From positions 288,001 to 352,000 of the forward strand of contig CAVZJB010000012.1 of assembly GCA_963775425.1 (NCBI GenBank): a stretch of DNA of 64,000 bases, in the 5' to 3' direction. The stretch is from an uncultured delta proteobacterium (GTDB lineage: Bacteria > Myxococcota > UBA727 > VGSZ01). This document shows, piece by piece, positions 1 through 10,388 of the stretch (position 1 is the stretch's first letter; the number at the start of each line of letters is the position of its first letter). The notes beneath the pieces are model-generated. The model made no database searches. It was not told where the DNA came from and worked only from the letters and a program-made list of their open reading frames with translations. Position numbers and translations under genes: made by a program.

Positions 1-644
1 GGAACGACGTCTACGCCGACTGCGCGCTCAACCAGCTCTGGGAGCACATGCTCGGGCACCGCTTCACGCCCACGGAGAAGCGAACGCGCATGACGCTCCT
101 CGACGAGTGGAAGGCGTCGGGCCTGCGCTTCAAGGACGCCATCCGCCTGGTGACGAAGACGCCGGAGTATCGCGCGGGCACCTCCCTGAAGCTGATGACG
201 CGCGAGCTGTACGCGCGCTCCGTGCAGCGCGCCACCGGCGTCACCTGGAAGGTCGACGGCGACGTGGGCTGGGACGTCTACTACGACAAGCTCGGCGGCA
301 TGGATTACCGGAAGGTCGAGGAGCGTGACCGGAGCCCCGGTCAGGGGCACAGCCTCGCGCAGATGAAGGGCGCGGCAGAGACCTGTGATGAAGCGGTGAA
401 GGACGGCGGCGCGCTCGTGGTCGCCGGCAGCGTCGACGACATGCCCACAGACGCGCAGCTCGATCAGAACCTCCAAAACCTCTACCTGCGCGCCTTCGCG
501 CGGCCCTGGGGCGACGTCCCCGACGACGAAAAGAAGCTCATGCGCTCGCTCTTCCGCTCGGTGGCGGACAAGCGCTCCCCCGCCGCCGGCTACCGCGCGG
601 TGTGCACCGCCGTGTTCGGGTCCGAGGACTTCGCGCTGTTCTGA
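1..644 (+). CDS. 5'-truncated protein, C-terminal part of a DUF1585/DUF1553-like partner of DUF1501 proteins
   Basis: Frame is open from the window edge (NDVYADCALNQLWEHMLGHRF...FKDAIRLVTKTPEYR), resembling DUF1585-type C-termini. High-GC3 codons; DUF1501 gene nearby. Confidence 0.5.
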   Translation, partial: NDVYADCALNQLWEHMLGHRFTPTEKRTRMTLLDEWKASGLRFKDAIRLVTKTPEYRAGTSLKLMTRELYARSVQRATGVTWKVDGDVGWDVYYDKLGGMDYRKVEERDRSPGQGHSLAQMKGAAETCDEAVKDGGALVVAGSVDDMPTDAQLDQNLQNLYLRAFARPWGDVPDDEKKLMRSLFRSVADKRSPAAGYRAVCTAVFGSEDFALF

Positions 645-663
645 CGACGGCGGCGTGACGTCG

Positions 664-2175
<1,512 letters not shown>

Positions 2176-2257
2176 GGCTGCGCAGGAGCTTACTGCGGGA
2201 GCGACGGCGCGGCGCCCCGCCGTGCCCCGCCCGACGGCGCGCCGTCGCGCTACGCTG

Positions 2258-2986
2258 GTGAACGTGCGCGTGGCCACCCTCGCCGTGATCGCTTCGCTCG
2301 CCGCGGCGGGGTGCGCCGGGCGCACCGCGGTGGACGGCGCGGAGGCCACCGCCATCGCCGTCGGCACCGACGCGTGCGACTTCGGCGTCGTCGCCGTCGG
2401 CACGGTCTCGAGCTGCACCGTCACCGTCGGCAACCACGGCGGCACGCCCTTGCAGGTGGCCGTCGTCGTGGACGGTGACGACGCCTTCGACGTCATCGGC
2501 CGCATCGCCGACGACGTCATCGCGCCCGGCGTGGATCTCGATCTCGTCGTGCAGTTCGCCCCCGCCGAGCGCCGGGCGTACGCGGCCGCGTTGCACTTCT
2601 CCTCGAACGATCCCGCGACGCCGGAGGCCGGCGTCCCCCTCTCCGGCCAAGCCGTGTCGCCGCCCGTGTGCCGCGCGCGCGCGCTGAGCGTGAACGGCGT
2701 CCTCGTCCCCGCCGACGCCGACGCCCTCGCCGTCGTCACCGGTGACGACGTCGTTGTCACGCTCGAGGACTCCACCGCGTCCACCGGCGGCGGCGCCATC
2801 GCGGCGTGGCGTTGGGCCGTGCGGCAGGCGCCGGGCGCGGCGGCGCTCGGGACGCCCGAGGCGATGACCACGACCGTCGATGTCGACGCGGCCGGCATGT
2901 ACCTCGTGTGCGGCGCCGTCGTCGACGACGAAGGCCTGCGCAGCGAAAACACCTGCTGCACGTCGTTCGTCGCGAGCCCTCCTTGA
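2258..2986 (+). CDS. Lipoprotein with Ig-like (choice-of-anchor D/ASH-type) and PKD-like domains
   Basis: Lipobox LAAAGC; DFGVVAVG...TVGNHGGTPL, SSNDPATP...LSGQA; WRWAV PKD-like motif. Start inferred. Confidence 0.65.
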   Translation: MNVRVATLAVIASLAAAGCAGRTAVDGAEATAIAVGTDACDFGVVAVGTVSSCTVTVGNHGGTPLQVAVVVDGDDAFDVIGRIADDVIAPGVDLDLVVQFAPAERRAYAAALHFSSNDPATPEAGVPLSGQAVSPPVCRARALSVNGVLVPADADALAVVTGDDVVVTLEDSTASTGGGAIAAWRWAVRQAPGAAALGTPEAMTTTVDVDAAGMYLVCGAVVDDEGLRSENTCCTSFVASPP

Positions 2987-3103
2987 TGCGCCAGGCGGGT
3001 CGAGGCCGACCTGCGTTGACGCCCCCAGGCCGGCGTGGCGCCGGGGCGTGCCCCCGGGGGGGACGGCTTGTCGACGTCGGACCCGTCGGCTACAGCTTCA
3101 GGC

Positions 3104-4402
3104 GTGTCCAGCACCGACCGCCGGGGCTTCCTGCGCCGCGCCGCCCTCGCCGGCGGTGCGCTGTTGCTGCCGGGCGGCGGGCTTTTGACCTCGGTCGGCT
3201 GCGGGCCGTCGCGCATCGCGCGCCGCACCGACCACTACTTCCTCTTCTATTTCATGATGGGCGGGTGGGACCTCGTGCTCACCACCGAGCCCGTACCGCC
3301 CAAGGGCTACGACGTCTGGATCCCCTACGACAAGGGCGACGTCGTCGAGGCCGGCGGCTTCCCGTTCGGGCCCGCGTTCAAGCCGCTGTTGCCGTTCGCC
3401 GCCAAGACCGCGGTGCTGCGCGGGATCTACGTCGACGCGCTCAACCACCCGCAGGCGCGCGTGCGCATGTGCACCGGCAGCTTCAAGCCGCACGGGCCGC
3501 GGCCCGAGCTGCCGTCGGTGCAGGCCATCCTGGCCGAGAAGGTGGGGCACGCGTATCAGATCCCCAACCTCTCGAGCGACTCGCTGCGGCCCGCCACCTT
3601 CCGCGGGCCGGCGCAGGACGAGCGCCTCGAGCCCGTGCGCGTGTCGTCGGTGGAGATGCTTAAGAGCCTGGTGGGCTGGCGTGGCGGCGTCTCCGAGTCC
3701 CGCCGTGACGTCGAGGCCGTGCTGCGCGCCAAAGACGCCATGACGGTGGCCCGCTACCAGGACGCCAAGCTCGCGCGGAGCTTCCGCACCTACGCCGACC
3801 TCGCGCGCGACACGCTCGACGGCGACTACAAGAGCCGCGTGGATGAGCTCGGCGGCGACCTCCCCTTCATGCCGCGCACGAGCAAGAACGCGCGCCTCGC
3901 CGTCGAGGCGATCAAGAACGATCTCGCGCCGGTGGTCACCGTCGGCACCGGCGAGTTCGACTCGCACACGCGCGGGCAGTACGCGGCGCACCCTGCGGCC
4001 GTGCTGCGCGGCATGCGCACCGTCGCCGACATCGCCCAGGGGCTCGAAGACGTACGCATGCCGGGCGGCAAGACGCTCCTCGACCACACCACCATCGTGG
4101 TGACGTCGGAGTTCTCGCGCGCGCCCAACAAGAACGAGCTGGGCGGCAAGCACCACTGGTCCGCCAACTCCATGCTCTTCATCGGCAAGGGCATCCGGCG
4201 CACCGCCGACGGCCCCACCGTCGTCGGCGGCTGCGACGACGGCGTGCACGCGTTGCCGATGAACCCGAACAACGGCAGCTTCAAGCGGGGCGCGGAGGTC
4301 ATCGAGATGCAGCACGGCCTCGCGAGCGTGCTGGCCATGGCCGGCATCGACCCGCTCCCACACTTCGGTCCCTACGATCCCATCCTGCCGCTCTTGAGCT
4401 GA
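3104..4402 (+). CDS. DUF1501 family protein, Tat-exported
   Basis: DRRGFLRR twin-arginine signal; FMMGGWD, FDSH, TTIVVTSEFSRAP, GKHHW motifs. Confidence 0.8.
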   Translation: MSSTDRRGFLRRAALAGGALLLPGGGLLTSVGCGPSRIARRTDHYFLFYFMMGGWDLVLTTEPVPPKGYDVWIPYDKGDVVEAGGFPFGPAFKPLLPFAAKTAVLRGIYVDALNHPQARVRMCTGSFKPHGPRPELPSVQAILAEKVGHAYQIPNLSSDSLRPATFRGPAQDERLEPVRVSSVEMLKSLVGWRGGVSESRRDVEAVLRAKDAMTVARYQDAKLARSFRTYADLARDTLDGDYKSRVDELGGDLPFMPRTSKNARLAVEAIKNDLAPVVTVGTGEFDSHTRGQYAAHPAAVLRGMRTVADIAQGLEDVRMPGGKTLLDHTTIVVTSEFSRAPNKNELGGKHHWSANSMLFIGKGIRRTADGPTVVGGCDDGVHALPMNPNNGSFKRGAEVIEMQHGLASVLAMAGIDPLPHFGPYDPILPLLS

Positions 4403-4407
4403 ACTGC

Positions 4408-5241
4408 ATGCCCCCCGTCCTCGCTCTCGTCGGCCGCACCCACCTGTTGCTGCTGCATTTCCCGATCGCGCTCCTGTTCGTCGTGCTCGTCGTCGAGCTC
4501 GCGCTGCGCCGGCGCGTCCCCGAGGACAGGCGCCGGCCCATCGTCGGTACGCTCCTCGCGTTCACCGTCGTCGGCACGTTGGCGGCGGTGGGCACGGGCC
4601 TGTTGTTCGGGGCGAGCGAGAGCTGGCACGGGCACACGCGCGCGCTCATGCAACAGCACCGCACCGGCGGCCTCATCACCGGGGTGCTCGTCGTCGCCGC
4701 GGGGCTGGCGCTGTGGCGGGAGGAGCTCCACAAGGCGTTCCTGCCGTTGGTGGTGGCCGCCATCGTCGGCGTCTCGTTCACCGGGCACCGCGGGGGACAG
4801 CTCGTCCACGGCTCGAGCTACATCACGGATGCGCTCGACGGCGTCGACCGCGACCACAAGCGCGCCAACAAGGACGACGGCGGCGCCGGCGACGACCTCA
4901 AGCGCAGCCACTGGGCCGAGGGGAGCGCGCCCGAAAAACCCGACTACGAAAAGGACGTGAAGCCGATCTTCGAGCGCAGTTGCGTGAAGTGCCACGGCCC
5001 CGAGAAGCGCAAGAGCGGCCTCCGCCTCGACAAGAAGCGCTTCGCCATGCGCGGCGGCGAGACGGGCCTGGCCATCGTCCCCGGCGACGTCGAAAAGAGC
5101 CTCCTGTGCAAGTACATCCAGCTCCCCGAAGACGACGACGACATCATGCCCGCCAAGGGCAAGCTCCTCGCCAAGTCGGAGATCGAGACGCTCAAGCGCT
5201 GGGTGGAACAAGGCGCGAGCTGGCCCGACAATCCGCGCTGA
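4408..5241 (+). CDS. DUF2231-like membrane domain fused to a planctomycete-type cytochrome c
   Basis: HLLLLHFPIAL and TGHRGGQLVHG membrane domain; YEKDVKPIFERSCVKCHG (CxxCH), GLRLD, IVPGD, MP, WVEQGA. Confidence 0.85.
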   Translation: MPPVLALVGRTHLLLLHFPIALLFVVLVVELALRRRVPEDRRRPIVGTLLAFTVVGTLAAVGTGLLFGASESWHGHTRALMQQHRTGGLITGVLVVAAGLALWREELHKAFLPLVVAAIVGVSFTGHRGGQLVHGSSYITDALDGVDRDHKRANKDDGGAGDDLKRSHWAEGSAPEKPDYEKDVKPIFERSCVKCHGPEKRKSGLRLDKKRFAMRGGETGLAIVPGDVEKSLLCKYIQLPEDDDDIMPAKGKLLAKSEIETLKRWVEQGASWPDNPR

Positions 5242-5267
5242 GCTGAGCGCGCGGAGGGAGCCTGGGC

Positions 5268-5951
5268 TCAGAAGTAGAAGCGGCCGCCGATGGCGAAGCC
5301 GAGCCCGAATGAGAGGCTCGGGAAGACCAGCACGCTCGGCACCGCCTCGAGGTAGATCTCGAACGGCACCTGCGTGAGCGCGAGGTTCAGGCCGAGGGGC
5401 ACGCGGGCGGCGAGCCAGATGTTGGTCGGGTAGTAGTAGTAGGTGACGCCGGGCAGGAACGTCCGCTGCCGCGGGTTGTTGAACACGATGAGGTTGCCGC
5501 CGCCGCCGACGTACCAGGTGACCTGGTAGGCCTCACCCGCGGTGAGCAGCATCGGGTGGTACACGTAGTCCACGTGCAAGGAGAAGGCGCCGACGTCGTA
5601 GGCGAAGCCGGAGAAGCCGCCGACGCCGGCGACGATGCCCTGGTCCGGCCGCAGCATGTACTTGATGGTGAGCGCCGTGGGGTAGCCGAGCTGAAGGCCG
5701 ATGCCGAAGGTGCGCCCCTGCGGCGTGGCGGCGGCGCCCGCGGGCTCGAAGTTGCTCCCGCCCGCGGATGACGACGAGCGCGACGTCGACGAGGTCGACC
5801 GACGGCCGTCGTTGGTGGCGGCGAGCTGCGGCGGCGTGAGATCGAGGCTGGCCATGTCGTCGACGGCGGCGGCGAGGGCCGCGTCGATGCCGCCGGAGTC
5901 GACGGCGGGGGCGGAGGAGCACGCGAGAGCAGCCAAGGCGACGACGAGCAT
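5268..5951 (-). CDS. Outer-membrane beta-barrel-like protein (DUF3996-like)
   Basis: Signal peptide; FGIGLQLGYPTALTIK, ARVPLGLN, FEIYLEAVP; terminal RFYF. Confidence 0.65.
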   Translation of the reverse strand: MLVVALAALACSSAPAVDSGGIDAALAAAVDDMASLDLTPPQLAATNDGRRSTSSTSRSSSSAGGSNFEPAGAAATPQGRTFGIGLQLGYPTALTIKYMLRPDQGIVAGVGGFSGFAYDVGAFSLHVDYVYHPMLLTAGEAYQVTWYVGGGGNLIVFNNPRQRTFLPGVTYYYYPTNIWLAARVPLGLNLALTQVPFEIYLEAVPSVLVFPSLSFGLGFAIGGRFYF

Positions 5952-6065
5952 GTGTATTTGGATACACCACGCCCGGGCTTTTCGCGAGTTGAGGACGGCA
6001 CGAGGGGTCCGCGCCGCTCGTGGGGGGACCAGCGGATCAGCGAGCGGTGGGAGCGGCCGCGCCGA

Positions 6066-6458
6066 TCAGGGAGCGAACGCGCACTCGAGCGTGTAGTGAT
6101 GCGCGCCGTCGACGACGTCGATCGCCATGGTCCCGGCGATGCCGCGCAGCTCGCCGGTGCCGGACCCGGGTACGATGCGGAGGTCGAGCGAGGCGGTCTC
6201 TCCTTCCATGACACCGACGTGCAGCACCACGAAGCTCCCGCGGCGGCCCTCGATGCGGCCGGTGATGCGCTCGACGGCGACGTAGCCGGCCGCGCCTTTC
6301 ACGGGCGTCCCCGCCGCCGTCATCCACACGGTGCTCCTGGCGTCGAGCGGGCCCTTGAAGACCTTGTCGCAGCGAACGCGCGAGAGCGCGACGTCGTCCT
6401 GCTCGTCGAACGCGGGCTCGGGGTGGACGGTGACGTCGAAGGTGCCGGTGAGCTTCAT
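6066..6458 (-). CDS. DUF3224 family protein
   Basis: KVFKGPL, AGYVAVERITGRIEGRRGSFVVLH, IVPGSGTGELRGIAG. Confidence 0.85.
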   Translation of the reverse strand: MKLTGTFDVTVHPEPAFDEQDDVALSRVRCDKVFKGPLDARSTVWMTAAGTPVKGAAGYVAVERITGRIEGRRGSFVVLHVGVMEGETASLDLRIVPGSGTGELRGIAGTMAIDVVDGAHHYTLECAFAP

Positions 6459-6556
6459 GGCGTCTTGCTACCGCCGGCGGCGCTCGCCGTCTTGGACAAA
6501 CGCGACACGGCCTTCGCCCCTTTTTCTTCCGTCGCGGCTGCGCGAGGGTCCCGGCC

Positions 6557-8542
6557 ATGGCGAGACCCGGCGCAGACTGGCTGGACCCCCGAGCGACGTT
6601 GCGGCCGCGCCCGCGTTCGTTGCGCACGCGGGTGAAGCTCGTGGTCACCGCCGCGCTGCTGTTCGCCGCGGCGTTCGCGGTGTGGCGGGCGACGGGGCAG
6701 GTGGCGGCGTCGGCGGAGCCGCTGTCGTTCTTCTTCGAGGAGGAGAAGCCCGACGCCACCGGCATCCACTTCGTCCACGAGATGGGCTCGTTTGCGCCGT
6801 TCTTCGACAACGTGAAGCCCTTCATGCGCGCGGTGTCCGCGTCTGCGTGCACCGCCGACGTCGACGGCGACGGCGACCTCGACCTCTACTTCACCACCGC
6901 CGGCGACGGCGCGAAGAACGCGCTGTTTTTCAACGACGGCGGGTGGCGCTTTCACCGCGCGGAGGGCGCGGCGTGGGCGGCGCTCGACGGAGACAACGGG
7001 CGCGACGGGTTCTCGTCGGACTGCGTGTTCGCCGACGTCGACAACGACGGCTTCCCTGACCTCTTCGTCGGCGCGGTGGCCCAGCGCCCGCACCTGTTCC
7101 ACAACGACGCCGGCCACGGCTTCACCGACGTGAGCGCCGCCGCGGGCGTCCCCGACTACATGAACGGCTTCGCGGTCAGCTTCTTCGACTTTGACGCCGA
7201 CGGCGACCTCGACCTCCTCCTGTCGAGCTACTTCGGCGAGCGCTACCTCGCCGAGGACATCCCGTCGCGCCCGCGCATTCATTCGTGGAAGGTCCCCGAC
7301 GACGAAAACGCCGGGCGCATGATGCCAAACAACTGGGGCGACGCGACCAACGGCGGCCAGAAGCACTTCTTGTTGAACGACGGGACGGGTCACTTCACGG
7401 CGGTGGACCCGGCGGCGTACGGCTTCACCGAGACGCGGTTCACCTTCGACATCGGCACCGGCGACCTCGACGGCGACGGCTTCACCGACGTCTACTTCGC
7501 CAACGACTTCGGCCCCGACCAGCTCTACTTCAACGACCACGGCCGCGGCTTCGTCGAGGTGAAGGGCGTGTTGCCGACCGAGGTGGGGCGGGACTCCTTC
7601 AAGGGCATGGACGCGGAGATCGCCGACATCGACAACGACGGGTTGCCCGAGATCTACGTGACCAACGTGTTCCACCCGGTGCTCCCGGAGGGGAACATCC
7701 TGTGGAAGAACCTGGGTGGCCGCCGCTTCGAGAACGTGGCCGCGCCGCTCGGCGTCAAGGACGGCGGTTGGGGCTGGGGCGCCAAGCTCGTCGACATCGA
7801 CCTCGACGGCGACACCGACCTCGTCGAGACCAACGGGTACATCTCGCAGAACCCCGACAAGGCCGAGTACTGGTATCGCTTGTCGCGCCTGGTGGCGGGC
7901 GACCGGCGCTTCATCGTCGACACGCGCAAGTGGCCGCCGTTCGAGGACCTGAGCATGAGCGGGCATCAGGTGAGCCACGTCTTCGTGTGGGACGCGGCGT
8001 CGCACCGTTTCTTCAACCGCGCCGCGGACGCGGGCGTGACGCGGTCGTTCGACGGCCGCGGCGTGCTCATCGCGGACCTCGACGAGGACGGCCGCCCCGA
8101 CGTCCTGTACGTGGCGCAGGGCGCGCCGTACTTCCTCGGGCACAACGTGTTCCGCCCCACGCCTCAGACGCCGGCGCCGCCGCATTGGGTGGGCGTGATC
8201 GTGAAGGGCGACGGCGCGCACGTGAACAAGGACGGCGTCGGCGTCCGCGTGGAGGTGCGGGCGCACGACGCGCGCTCGTTGCCGCCGCTGTACCGCGAGG
8301 TGAGCGCGGGCAACGGCATGAGCGCCGAGAGCATGCCCTGGGTGCTCGCGGGTCTCGGCGCGTACGCCGGGCCCGTCGACGTCACCGTCCGCTGGACCGA
8401 CGGCACGGTGACCGCGGTGCGGGGGCTCCCGGCCGACCGCTACCACACGATCGTGTACGGCGCCGCCCGCGCCGTGGGCACGCGCCCCCCGGCGAGCGGC
8501 GCCGCAACGAGCGGCCCCACCGCGGGCGAGGGCGCGCCGTGA
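6557..8542 (+). CDS. CRTAC1/ASPIC-UnbV family FG-GAP repeat protein with N-terminal membrane anchor
   Basis: Multiple DxDxDGDxDL repeats, ANDFGPDQL, KGM, GWGWG, C-terminal ASPIC/UnbV domain (GVGVRVEV...GLG...VRWTDG). Confidence 0.9.
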   Translation: MARPGADWLDPRATLRPRPRSLRTRVKLVVTAALLFAAAFAVWRATGQVAASAEPLSFFFEEEKPDATGIHFVHEMGSFAPFFDNVKPFMRAVSASACTADVDGDGDLDLYFTTAGDGAKNALFFNDGGWRFHRAEGAAWAALDGDNGRDGFSSDCVFADVDNDGFPDLFVGAVAQRPHLFHNDAGHGFTDVSAAAGVPDYMNGFAVSFFDFDADGDLDLLLSSYFGERYLAEDIPSRPRIHSWKVPDDENAGRMMPNNWGDATNGGQKHFLLNDGTGHFTAVDPAAYGFTETRFTFDIGTGDLDGDGFTDVYFANDFGPDQLYFNDHGRGFVEVKGVLPTEVGRDSFKGMDAEIADIDNDGLPEIYVTNVFHPVLPEGNILWKNLGGRRFENVAAPLGVKDGGWGWGAKLVDIDLDGDTDLVETNGYISQNPDKAEYWYRLSRLVAGDRRFIVDTRKWPPFEDLSMSGHQVSHVFVWDAASHRFFNRAADAGVTRSFDGRGVLIADLDEDGRPDVLYVAQGAPYFLGHNVFRPTPQTPAPPHWVGVIVKGDGAHVNKDGVGVRVEVRAHDARSLPPLYREVSAGNGMSAESMPWVLAGLGAYAGPVDVTVRWTDGTVTAVRGLPADRYHTIVYGAARAVGTRPPASGAATSGPTAGEGAP

Positions 8543-9444
8543 CGGCGGCGACGCTGTTGCCCACCGACGCCGCCGTCGCGCGCGCGGCGGTTGACGCGCG
8601 CGGGTTCCTGGTGCGGCTCGTGTCGCGCGACGCGTGGATCATCCCCGGGCGGCGGGACCCGCGTTGGGCGTTCGCGGGCTTCCATGCGCTCTACGTGGTC
8701 GCGGGCCACCTGCTGTTGAGCTTCAACCGCTCGCCGCAGCAGATCGGGGTCGCGCTCCTCGCCTGCATGGGCCTCGAGATCGTCTACACCTTCGTCGCCA
8801 CGCGCATGTTCATCGTGCCCCTGTCCGGGCTCATCTCCGGGCTCGGGCTCGGCCTGTTGTTCACGGCGCCTGGGAACGCCTGGCTCATGCTCCTCGTCGC
8901 GTGGCTCACCATCACGAGCAAGTACCTCGTGACCTGGCGGGGCCACCACGTGTTCAACCCCACCAACCTCGCGCTCGTGGTGATGCTCGCGTTCTCCGGC
9001 GGCACCGTCGCCGTCGCCCCAGCCTACCAGTGGGGCGGCTTCTGGCAGGTGCTCGTCGTCGTGTTCGTCTTCGGCCTGGTGGTCGCCTGGCAGGCGAGGA
9101 AGCTCCCGCTGGTCCTCGCGTTTTGGGCCACCTACTCGCTCGGTGCGCTCCTGCGGGCGCACCTCACGCACATGCCGGCGGAGATCACGCTCTACGCGCA
9201 GATCTCGGGCGGCGCGTTCTGGCTGTTCACGTTCTTCATGATCACGGATCCGAAGACCAGCCCGCCGTCGCTGCGCGGGATGATCGGCTACGGCGTCGCC
9301 GTCGGCCTCGTCGACATCTGGTTCCAACTGCACTTTGCCGTGTTCTCTCTGTTCTATGCGCTCTTCGCCGTGTGCGCCGCGCGCGCGCTGTGGATGATCG
9401 GCTCGGACGTCCTGCGCCGGGCCCGCTCGTCGACGCCGGTGTAG
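8539..9444 (+). CDS. UnbU-like (RnfD/NqrB superfamily) integral membrane protein
   Basis: GTGA overlap with upstream stop; RDPR, SKYL...HVFNPTN, FFMITDPKTSP; hydrophobic throughout. Confidence 0.85.
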   Translation: MTAATLLPTDAAVARAAVDARGFLVRLVSRDAWIIPGRRDPRWAFAGFHALYVVAGHLLLSFNRSPQQIGVALLACMGLEIVYTFVATRMFIVPLSGLISGLGLGLLFTAPGNAWLMLLVAWLTITSKYLVTWRGHHVFNPTNLALVVMLAFSGGTVAVAPAYQWGGFWQVLVVVFVFGLVVAWQARKLPLVLAFWATYSLGALLRAHLTHMPAEITLYAQISGGAFWLFTFFMITDPKTSPPSLRGMIGYGVAVGLVDIWFQLHFAVFSLFYALFAVCAARALWMIGSDVLRRARSSTPV

Positions 9445-9502
9445 AAACCGGGCGTGACCGGTAGCCATCGGCCGCGTGCTCGGCGGTCGAGCCCAGGGAC
9501 GA

Positions 9503-10183
9503 TCATCCCGTCAGCTCGTCGAAGAAGGTGCTGGCGAAGCCGATCTCGCCGCCGGCGGTCTTGTGGTGGCGGGCGTGCCGCGCGGCGATCGAGCGCGCGC
9601 CCCGGGCGACGCCGAGGTGCCCGAGCGTGTTCAACGCGAGGTGCACGACGGGGAACACCACGACGGTGAGCGCGTGCAGGGGCACGAAGAAGGCGGCCAC
9701 GGGCATCACGCTGCCGAGGAGCAAGCCCTCCACGGGATGCATCGCGTAGGTCGAAAACGGCGACGGCGTCTTCGTCCGGTGATGCACCGCGTGCACACGG
9801 CGATAGAGCCAGGGCGTGTGCAGGAGCGCGTGGACGGCGAAGAAGTGCACCTCGTTCCACACGAGCAGCCCCACGATCTCCACCGCAACGGCGCCCGGCG
9901 ACGACACGGTCACGATGTGGGCGAGCCCCGCGCGCGTCGCTGCGAGCAGGATGGGGGTCCACGCGGAGAAGGCGAGGATCGCCGGCACCGCGCACAGGGC
10001 TTCGCGCCGCCGCTGACCCGGGGCGCGCGCGCCGACGCGGACCGCGAGCCCCGCGCGCTCGAGGCCGCCGGCGACGGCCTCGCCGGCGAAGGCGAAGCTC
10101 GCGTAGATCGCCGCGAAGGCCGCGGCGGTGGCGGCGAAGGCGAGCGGGAGCGGAACGGTGTGGATGAGGTCGTCGAGGGGCAT
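9503..10183 (-). CDS. Sterol desaturase / fatty acid hydroxylase superfamily enzyme
   Basis: His boxes HALLH, HAVHH, HARHH; PSPFSTYAMHPVE; NTLGHLG. Confidence 0.85.
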   Translation of the reverse strand: MPLDDLIHTVPLPLAFAATAAAFAAIYASFAFAGEAVAGGLERAGLAVRVGARAPGQRRREALCAVPAILAFSAWTPILLAATRAGLAHIVTVSSPGAVAVEIVGLLVWNEVHFFAVHALLHTPWLYRRVHAVHHRTKTPSPFSTYAMHPVEGLLLGSVMPVAAFFVPLHALTVVVFPVVHLALNTLGHLGVARGARSIAARHARHHKTAGGEIGFASTFFDELTG

Positions 10184-10245
10184 GCGCCCGGTGATGTGCA
10201 GCACGCGTGCCCGCCCTGCGCACACCCGGGCCACACGACAACGGT

Positions 10246-10261
10246 TGGCACGGCGCTTCCA
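10246..10261 (+). promoter_or_regulatory. Possible sigma-54 promoter for the ketosynthase operon
   Basis: TGGCACG-GCGC-TTCCA versus consensus TGGCACG-N4-TTGCW: perfect -24 element, one mismatch at the conserved -12 G. Confidence 0.35.
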
Positions 10262-10273
10262 ATCGAGTCCGGC

Positions 10274-10366
10274 ATGCACACGAAGAAGACCCTGGTCGCC
10301 GTCGTCGTCGGCGCCGCCTGTTTCGCGAAGCTCGCCCTCGGCCTGCTCCTGCTTGTGACGTCGTGA
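10274..10366 (+). CDS. Putative 30-aa hydrophobic peptide
   Basis: MHTKKTLVAVVVGAACFAKLALGLLLLVTS; host-like high-GC3 codons; directly upstream of the ketosynthase. Confidence 0.4.
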   Translation: MHTKKTLVAVVVGAACFAKLALGLLLLVTS

Positions 10367-10388
10367 ACGAAGACCTATGGAGGCAGCG

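Noticed and set aside
8539-9444. RnfD/NqrB respiratory complex subunit
   Set aside because: No other rnf/nqr genes and no visible FMN-Thr motif. Pairing with an UnbV-like gene points to the UnbU type.
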